In this document: piece by piece, positions 56,935 through 64,000 of the stretch | Numbering within the stretch: position 1 is the first letter of the stretch | Layout of the letters: every line of letters begins with the position of its first letter | From: an uncultured Acidobacteriota bacterium | GTDB lineage: Bacteria; Acidobacteriota; Thermoanaerobaculia; Multivoradales; JAHEKO01 | Length of the DNA: 64,000 nt | NCBI GenBank assembly: GCA_963713825.1 | Contig: CAVQNG010000025.1 | Location: forward strand, 892,415 to 956,414 | Direction: 5' to 3' | Notes under the pieces: generated by a model | Told to the model about the DNA's origin: nothing | Database searches by the model: none | Seen by the model: only the letters and a program-made list of their open reading frames with translations | Translations under genes and position numbers: made by a program

Positions 56935-57936
56935 ATGGGGCCGAAGAACGACACAGAGGCTATTCTGATGAACGAGGCTATCTCCCCTCGGATATCGGTG
57001 GTGATTCCAGCGCACAACGAAGCTGCTTCGCTGAGCGAGACCCTGAAAAGGACCTTACAAGTCCTGTCATCAAACTCCATCGCAGCCGAAGTCTTGGTAG
57101 TCGACGACGGTTCGACTGATAGTACCTGGGATCTAATTCAAGACTTTTCTCGCCGAGATCAGCGAGTGAGTGGCATCTCCTTCAGTCGGAACTTCGGAAA
57201 AGAGAGAGCAATCTGTGCTGGTCTGGAATCCGCTACCGGTCAAGCGGTTGTCGTGATGGATGCAGATTTGCAACACCCACCCAGAATCATTCCCGAACTC
57301 ATCGAGAAGTGGTCTGAAGGGTTCCACGTTGTTGATGGAGTAAAACGCTCCCGAGGGAAGGAGACCTGGATCAGTACCAAGCTTGCGAAGGCCTTCTATG
57401 GTCTTTTTGCTTTGGCTGCTGGAATCGACCTTGAAGGACAAAGTGATTTCAAGCTTCTCGACCGAAAGGCAGTCGAGCAGTGGAATCGAATGCCTGAGCG
57501 GACAGTCTTCTTTCGTGGTATGTCTTCTTGGCTGGGTTTCAGAAGATCAAGCGTAGAGTTCGATGTCGAGGATCGCGTAGCCGGTTCGAGCACGTGGTCG
57601 CGAGCCAATTTGGCAAGATTGGCGCTGTCTGCCATCACTTCGTTTTCTTCCATTCCTCTTCGACTGGTGACCTTTACAGGGTTACTGTTCTTCGTATTTG
57701 CGGTCGTCTTAGGGATTCAAACGGTCTACAGGTGGGCGATCGGCGAAGCATTTACAGGATTCCCGACGGTCATCCTTCTTATCCTGATTACCTCGAGTCT
57801 GGTCATGCTGGCACTAGGAATCATCGGAGAGTACCTGGCAAAGATCTACGATGAAATCAAGGGACGTCCTAGATTCGTGATAGAGGATCGCTGCGGTTTT
57901 GATGGGTGGAGTCCGCCTGCGAGAAAACTGCAATGA
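56935..57936 (+). CDS. GT2 polyprenol-phosphate glycosyltransferase (GtrB/ArnC-like)
   Basis: VIPAHNE, VDDGSTD, SRNFGK, MDADLQHPP, two C-terminal TMs, GEY...IY.E.KGRP. Confidence 0.92.
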   Translation: MGPKNDTEAILMNEAISPRISVVIPAHNEAASLSETLKRTLQVLSSNSIAAEVLVVDDGSTDSTWDLIQDFSRRDQRVSGISFSRNFGKERAICAGLESATGQAVVVMDADLQHPPRIIPELIEKWSEGFHVVDGVKRSRGKETWISTKLAKAFYGLFALAAGIDLEGQSDFKLLDRKAVEQWNRMPERTVFFRGMSSWLGFRRSSVEFDVEDRVAGSSTWSRANLARLALSAITSFSSIPLRLVTFTGLLFFVFAVVLGIQTVYRWAIGEAFTGFPTVILLILITSSLVMLALGIIGEYLAKIYDEIKGRPRFVIEDRCGFDGWSPPARKLQ

Positions 57937-59447
57937 AGTTTGTTCCCCGCTTGATTGCACACGAAAAGGTGCGGCCCCAAGGTGTCCTGCTAGTCGTTCT
58001 TCTGGGGACGCTGCTGAGTGCTGGTCTCGTGTTCCTGGTCGATTTCCCGCCCGTTCAGGATTTTCCGAACCACCTCCTACGCCAACACATCATCGAGAAT
58101 ATGGACGTCAGGCCGTATTCTGATTACATTGCCCTTGATCCATCATTCCGGCCCAACATGACCTCAGACATAATTCTGGGTGCTCTCAGGAGAGTTCTGG
58201 ACCTGGACTCGGCGGGCAAGGTGTTGTTGAGTCTGGAGTTGTTGGTCATCAATTTAGGGGCGGCCCTTTTCCTCAGGCGGTTTGGTGCCAGCCTCGCGGG
58301 TGCCTTCCTTGCTGTTCACTTGAGTGCTAGCTGGGTGTTTCTGAAGGGTCTCATGAACTTTGGGTTTGGCGTGGGCTTCGGATTGGCGTGGTTGTCCATA
58401 CTCTGGGGGCAGGATCGCATCTCATTTCCGCGGTGGGTGGTCGCGGCAGGGCTCGGTGTGGCCACGGTCGTGAGTCATGGATTTGTCTTCCTGGCCTCCT
58501 TGTTCCTGATCTTCGCAGGCCTTTTGACCGAGGGGAAGTACTTGTCGAGACGGGCGTTGATGAGCATGCTTTCAGCGCTACCGGGGACCGCGATCTTTGT
58601 CCTGTTTATTCTGAACATCAGGGAGAGCTCGCAGCTCGGTGCGAACAGATTCATCTACGCGGCGAATCTTGAGCATCTGTTCGTCTGGAACCCACTCGGT
58701 ATCTGGGCAAGAGTGAGCGGCAGTCTCGATGAGATGCTCGCGGTGATCGCCTGGGCACTCCTATTCGCTGCTTGTGTTCTTACCGGGCGAAGAGCCCTTC
58801 AATTGAGGAGGGCTGGAAGAGACAGTCTCATGGTGACTGTCTGGGGATTCGTATTGGGCTCCATCTGTCTATACCTGTTGCTTCCAGGCAGGCTGTCTGG
58901 AGGCTGGGGTCTTATGAAAGTCCGAATCTGCCTGATTCTGTTCTTCGTCAGCTTGCCGTTGTTGTCTTTTTTGACGGTGAGGCTCAGAGGTATTGCTGCC
59001 GTCGTTGCATTCGGGGTGTGGGCCTTGGGATTCGGTCTCAGTTTTGTGGACTACCGCGACTTCAGCCACAATGTGTCGGCCTACATGGAAGTAGCTGACA
59101 AACTGCCCAGAGAGGGCGTGGTGCTATCACTCAATCTCATGGCCCCAGGCAGGACCTTGAACCCGTATCAGCATATCTGGGGCTACGCTTGCATCAGGAA
59201 GGACTGTCTTTCTCAGGAACTGTTTGCTGACGAGTACATACAACAGATCTACTTTGACCGGCCCCTGCTGGGAAGAAAGAAAGTTGTTCCCCCGTATGAA
59301 CCGTCTTCCATCTCCGAGGCTTTGGAAGGCGGTCAATACGATGCGGTACTGATAGCTGGTGAAGCGCCTAGCTCGCTCCTGGAGCCTACTCAACTGTGGC
59401 AGGTGGCGGCGACCAATAAGAGCGGCACGTTGATGGTGCCCAAATGA
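57933..59447 (+). CDS. GT-C-like polytopic membrane protein
   Basis: P.QDFPNH in first loop, GLMNF, multiple TMs, soluble C-terminus; ATGA overlap with the GT2 gene. Confidence 0.7.
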   Translation: MKFVPRLIAHEKVRPQGVLLVVLLGTLLSAGLVFLVDFPPVQDFPNHLLRQHIIENMDVRPYSDYIALDPSFRPNMTSDIILGALRRVLDLDSAGKVLLSLELLVINLGAALFLRRFGASLAGAFLAVHLSASWVFLKGLMNFGFGVGFGLAWLSILWGQDRISFPRWVVAAGLGVATVVSHGFVFLASLFLIFAGLLTEGKYLSRRALMSMLSALPGTAIFVLFILNIRESSQLGANRFIYAANLEHLFVWNPLGIWARVSGSLDEMLAVIAWALLFAACVLTGRRALQLRRAGRDSLMVTVWGFVLGSICLYLLLPGRLSGGWGLMKVRICLILFFVSLPLLSFLTVRLRGIAAVVAFGVWALGFGLSFVDYRDFSHNVSAYMEVADKLPREGVVLSLNLMAPGRTLNPYQHIWGYACIRKDCLSQELFADEYIQQIYFDRPLLGRKKVVPPYEPSSISEALEGGQYDAVLIAGEAPSSLLEPTQLWQVAATNKSGTLMVPK

Positions 59448-59682
59448 GACTATGGGCTACCAGCTGTGCCCTATTACAGTTGCTAGGAGCTTCCGGCTCG
59501 ACCTTCAATGCCTCGTCGCCAAGGTCTTCCGGTTGATTTCCCAGCGGAGCCTCCCTTTCGAACTCCTCCAGAAGGCACTATCTAGGGCTTCTTCCTCTTG
59601 AACCCACCTCCCGATCTCTATGGCAAGCTAGGCGTGATGGGGAGGTGAGGTCGCGTTCGGGACCAGATCTCTGGAGGACAAA

Positions 59683-61360
59683 ATGAGAACTCATGCTCGA
59701 ATAGCTCAACGAGGTTCTAGTGACCGAGTCCTGTCGCTCTGGCTGCTCGCTATGGTACTACTGCACCTTCTACTCGATCTGGCTCTTCGAGCACTTCCCG
59801 ACTCAGGATGGGCCCATTCACCTTTCCAATGCGAGAGTCTTCCTCGAATACGACAATCCAGCATGTTCCGTACTGCCTGAGTACTACCAGCTGAAGTCCG
59901 GTGTTGGCCCGAACTGGTTCTCTCTTCTGTCTTTGGCGGGCCTGCTCAAGCTTTTCTCTCCTGAGATAGCAGAAAAGGTGTTTCTAAGCGCCTATGTTCT
60001 TGCTCTCGTAGGCTCAGCCTACTTCGCGATTCTGGGAATCAGCAGGAGGAACAGATTTCTACTGCTTCTCGTGTTTCCCTTCGTCTTCAATTACTTCGTC
60101 TTCCTCGGCTTCTACAACTTCATCTTCGGTCTACCATTTGTCTTCTTGTTTCTCGGAATAGTCCTCAGGTCAGGTTCCAGGCTCGGGTGGCGGGAGGCTG
60201 GTCTCCTGGCCCTGGCGTCTGTGCTGGCCTTCTTCATCCACCCCTTGACGATGCTTGCGGCCTGGTTCATGGCCCTGCCTCCCTTGGCTGCGAAGGTCAT
60301 CCTCACCCATCCAGAGGCTGGGGAGACCGGGAAAGTACCATCAGGCCGATTAATCAACTCCTTGCTCCGGCGGGCAATACCCATCGGGATGGCTGCATTG
60401 CCCAGCGCTGGTCTCTTCCTGCATTACTGGCTGACACATTCCGGCTCTTCGGCAGTACGCCAATCTCTCCTTAGACTGGCGCGCAACGCAGTCGGCCTGG
60501 GCTCCATCATCACTCACTCTCGGTGGGAGGTTTTGCCGTCGCTGGTTCTCTCTGGAAGTTTTCTCGTGATTGGAGTCAGTGTCCTTCGGAGAGGTGCGCT
60601 GAAGGGCAAGCGGGCTTCGGCGGTTGGCCTACTGATAGCCGTTATTGCAATGTTCGCGCTCTACTTCGTAGCGCCCAACTCAGCCGGAGGCGGCAACTGG
60701 ATCAACGCTCGTTTGTTGCTCTACCCTTTCTTGACGACGGTGTTGTGGTTTGCATGCTACCGGTTCAGCCGACGTGAGAGAGGGGGCATTATCGTCGTCG
60801 CTTCGTTGGTAACGCTTGTTCTCCTTGGATTCCATCTTCGGAGCGTATCTAGCCTCAGCGCAGAAATCGAGCAGAGCCTAGCCTGTGGCGCAGATGTTCC
60901 GGCAAACGCTACAGTGCTCCCAGTCAGTCTGTCGCGTCGGGGTCGGGATGAGACGGGTGCTCCAATTTCGTGGAAGGCGGCATCCTTCGGTCATTTCGCA
61001 GGGTATGTGGCGGCCGACCGGTGCTTGGTTCAGTTCGACAACTACGCTGCATGGAAAGGGTACTTCCCGGTTTCCTGGCGGTCGGAGTTGAGTCCCAGAG
61101 AGGGCCGCCTATGGCCAGATGGTCCTGAGGGTGATCGTCCGGCAGTGAACATTCGGAAGTACGAGGAGCTTACAGGTGGGCGAGTCGACTATGTTCTCCT
61201 GCGAGACTTGCGCCCGGAGGATCTCCAGAATCAAGAAGTAGTAGACCTCCTGGATCAACTGGGCAGGGGCTTCGAGGAGGTCTGCCGCGATGGTCTGCTT
61301 GGCGAAACCTATCTTTACCGGAGAAACGATCCGGGCACTGAAAGAGCGTTGCAAGATTGA
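59683..61360 (+). CDS. GT-C-like polytopic membrane protein, paralogue of the previous gene (frameshift at ~59775)
   Basis: GGAGG RBS and ATG 59683; first TM joins IWLFEHFPTQDGPIH after a one-base shift; GFYNF; multiple TMs. Confidence 0.7.
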
Positions 61361-61469
61361 AGCCTAAGAGCTTGTTGAAAAACCCGTCATCGCGCACGAT
61401 TGGGGACATGCTGTCCCTTGACACCTGTTAACCTGACCAACGATCACGGGTCTTGAGAGGTATTCACTC

Positions 61470-63397
61470 ATGTCGAGAGAATCATTTGGAATTCTGATAT
61501 TGCGTGTTCTTGCTGTCGGATTCCTGGCTGGAGCCCTCGTGAGTGCGGTTGCGTCTTGCTCGTTGTTTTGGTTGGTGGACTTCTCCAGTCACCTGGGGGA
61601 TCTCTTCGTTCTGAGCCTCTATGCCGTTGTGCACTTCGGGGCTGTGGGTGCTGTTATAGCAGGAGCCCTTGGCCTTCTCTTCTGGTGGCTTTCAAAGTCT
61701 GAGCTGGTTTCTCTTGCCCCTCAGGGATTCTTGAATGGACTGCTGGTGTTCTGTCTTGGTCAAGCAGCCTTGCTCGTGTTTGGTGTTTGGAACCTGGTCA
61801 GGCAGCGACCCACCTACCTGACAGCACTCCCTGTCGTGCTGCCGATTCTGCTCGGTTTTTGTTTTGTCTTGTGGCTCTCCGCAAGAGCCTCTCGGTCCTC
61901 TTCTCGAGGGGAGTCGAGGCGAGTTCCGGCCTTGTACCGCCCTCGGATCGTACTTGCAGTGCTCCTTACGACTCTTGTGGTGCCGCCAATCTTCGGCTTT
62001 TTGAGCTTTGATAGATCGACTGCGGGTGACAGAGAGACGACAGTGGGGAGTGCAGTGAGCCCTGTTGAGATTTCGAATCGGCCTCGGCTTCTGGTGGTCG
62101 GCTGGGATGCCGCAACCTGGGATGTTCTGGATCCCCTCCTCGCACAGGGTCGCCTTCCCAATCTCGCGGGGCTCATTGAGCAGGGGAGCCGCGTGACTCT
62201 GTGGGCCAGACCTCAGGTTCTTCAGCCTTTCACCGACTCGGCGAGCGGTGGTGCAAGGTCGCCGGCATTGTGGGAGTCCATCGCTACTGGGAAGTCTCCA
62301 CGCCAACATGGTATCTGGGACTTCAGGATCAAGCGCTTCTGGGGTGTGAAGCAACCGGTTCCTTTTCGCTTGGCGGGAGAGTACCTTGGCGAAACAGCTG
62401 CAAGAAGTAGTGCATTGGCCCGAGCAAAGCGCTTCTGGTCCATTCTGGACGACGCTGGATTGAAGACAGCGACTGTGGGTTGGTTGACTACTTGGCCGGC
62501 GTGCTCGATGGAGCGCGGGATTATCGTCAGCGATCGAGCGGCCTACGGGCAAGAGGATGCAGGCTACCCGAGGGACTGTATCGACTCCGATCCCTTGTGG
62601 ATGGCTGCGAAAGAGGAGCGGCGTCGGCTCCTGGAAGGGCTCTCTCCGGAGCTTCAGGAAGTCATCGCTAGAGCATGGAGTCAGGCAGCAAGACTGAAGA
62701 AAACAAGAGGATAATGGCCTATCTACATGACTTGGAAGTAGACATCTTCAAGTACCTGGCAGCCAAGAGCTTACTTGCTGCCGAAAGCCCGCCGGATCTT
62801 GTGGCAATCGTGTTCAAGGTCACGGATCTTGTTCAGCACAAGTTCTGGGGTTTCTTCGATCCTCAGTCCTTCGGCCTTGATTCGACCCCGGAGTCGGAAG
62901 TGATGGGGCAGGTGATCCCAGGTACCTACGAGCAACTCGACGTCCTTTTGGGGGATTCGTTGGAAACCTCGGGTCCGGAGACCTCGGTTATCGTGCTGTC
63001 TGACCATGGTGCCGGCCCATGGGTATCCGGTGGGATCGCCGGTTTCGTGAAGAAGTTCATTCAGAGGTCGTTCCATCCAGACTACTCTGGGAATCATCGG
63101 TTCAGCGGGATGGCAAGCTTCAGTGGTCCAAAGTTCCGCCCGGGTGACGTCGTGCTGGATGCCTGGGGAGAGGATATCGCTCCGACGATCCTGCACTACT
63201 TTGGACTTCCCGTGGCTGATGACATGACCGGGAGGGCTCTGGTCAGTGTTTTTGATGACAGCGTTCGTGACGACAGGCAGAGTGCGACGGTTTCTTCCTA
63301 TGGGCCACCTCCAGAATTGGTCGATCCAGAGTCCAGCGGATCTGAGACTGACGAAGAGATATTGGAGAGATTGAAGAGTCTTGGTTACGTCCAGTAA
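61470..63397 (+). CDS. Multi-TM alkaline-phosphatase/sulfatase-superfamily enzyme (frameshift near 62640-62705)
   Basis: About 5 TMs; GWDAATW, SPALWESIATG; then in a second frame DLVQH, SDHG, GNH, DIAPTIL, ERLKSLGYVQ. Confidence 0.78.
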
Positions 63398-63522
63398 CTA
63401 TAAGATCTTGAGGGCTCGAGGTTCGCCCAGCAGTCCGGGTTGTGTCACTGGGAGTTGGCCTTGATCGACACCAGAAGATGCAGATTGCCTCGATCCCGCA
63501 GTCGAAGGCTGAGAGATTAAGA

Positions 63523-64000
63523 ATGACGGAAGACACAGGTTCGCAGCGATTGAGGTTGTTGAGGTTGGCTCTTGGAACGAGCCTTCTGTGGAGTCTCCTT
63601 GTTGGTGTTGGGGTCTTCGTTTCGATCACTCTCTAGGTTTATGTAATGACGCCTCCTATTTCGTGGGGCCGTAGCAATCGTAATTGCTCTGCGTCAGCGC
63701 ACAGCTATCTGCGCTGCTGATGGTCTCTTCGGCCCTGATCGTCGGAGTATTGCTTAGAAGTTGGCCTTGAGAGCTCTCGGGGGAGTGCGACTGAAATTGA
63801 GAAAAATAAATACCAGCTGGCCTAGCGGTGCCCCCATTTACGATTGTCGTGCCCATGCTGTTGCTGGGAGTGAACGTTATTCTCTTGCGCTATCGATACT
63901 CCCCGATAAGCATTTTGACCGATACGGCCATTGTTCTGGCAAGTGCGTTCGTCTTCGTGATGGTCGTCAGATGGCTTTCGACGAAGGAGTTGGACTTTGT
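63523..64000 (+). pseudogene. Fragmented N-terminus of another polytopic membrane protein (error-rich or degenerate), runs off the window
   Basis: Hydrophobic coding-like segments broken by stops; start resembles the neighbouring island genes. Confidence 0.3.

Noticed and set aside
61367-61388. AGAGCTTGTTGAAAAACCCGTC resembling an IS terminal repeat
   Set aside because: No partner inverted repeat or transposase found; too short to support a mobile-element call.

Overview
High-GC bacterial chromosomal window. The gene families suggest Acidobacteriota, possibly Thermoanaerobaculia-like (inference only). It holds about 45 CDSs and no recognisable rRNA, tRNA, CRISPR array, transposase or prophage. 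At least five single-base frameshifts are most simply explained as long-read indel errors. Housekeeping and accessory genes include arsS-like radical SAM, anti-sigma/STAS pair, ECF sigma operon, GGDEF-EAL, peptidases, moaA, efp and two Ser/Thr kinases. The strongest candidates for undescribed biology are: (1) an acyl-CoA dehydrogenase / iterative type I PKS / PPTase cluster (22936-33562) with KS-AT-KS-ACP-ACP-KR-DH order, two complete KS catalytic triads, and Thr rather than Ser at the phosphopantetheine site of both ACPs; (2) a Sec-exported 12-Cys cargo fused to an FrpC-type Asp-Pro self-processing clip-and-link module, with a coupled partner gene (7455-9599); (3) an orphan perfect sigma-54 promoter plus terminator defining a candidate ~100-nt sRNA (33544-33673); (4) a sulfotransferase / twin alkaline-phosphatase-superfamily / RHH-LGY / DUF106(Oxa1)-like locus (45570-52626). 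A lower-GC surface-glycosylation island begins at about 56700. All family calls are by motif recognition; no database searches were run.
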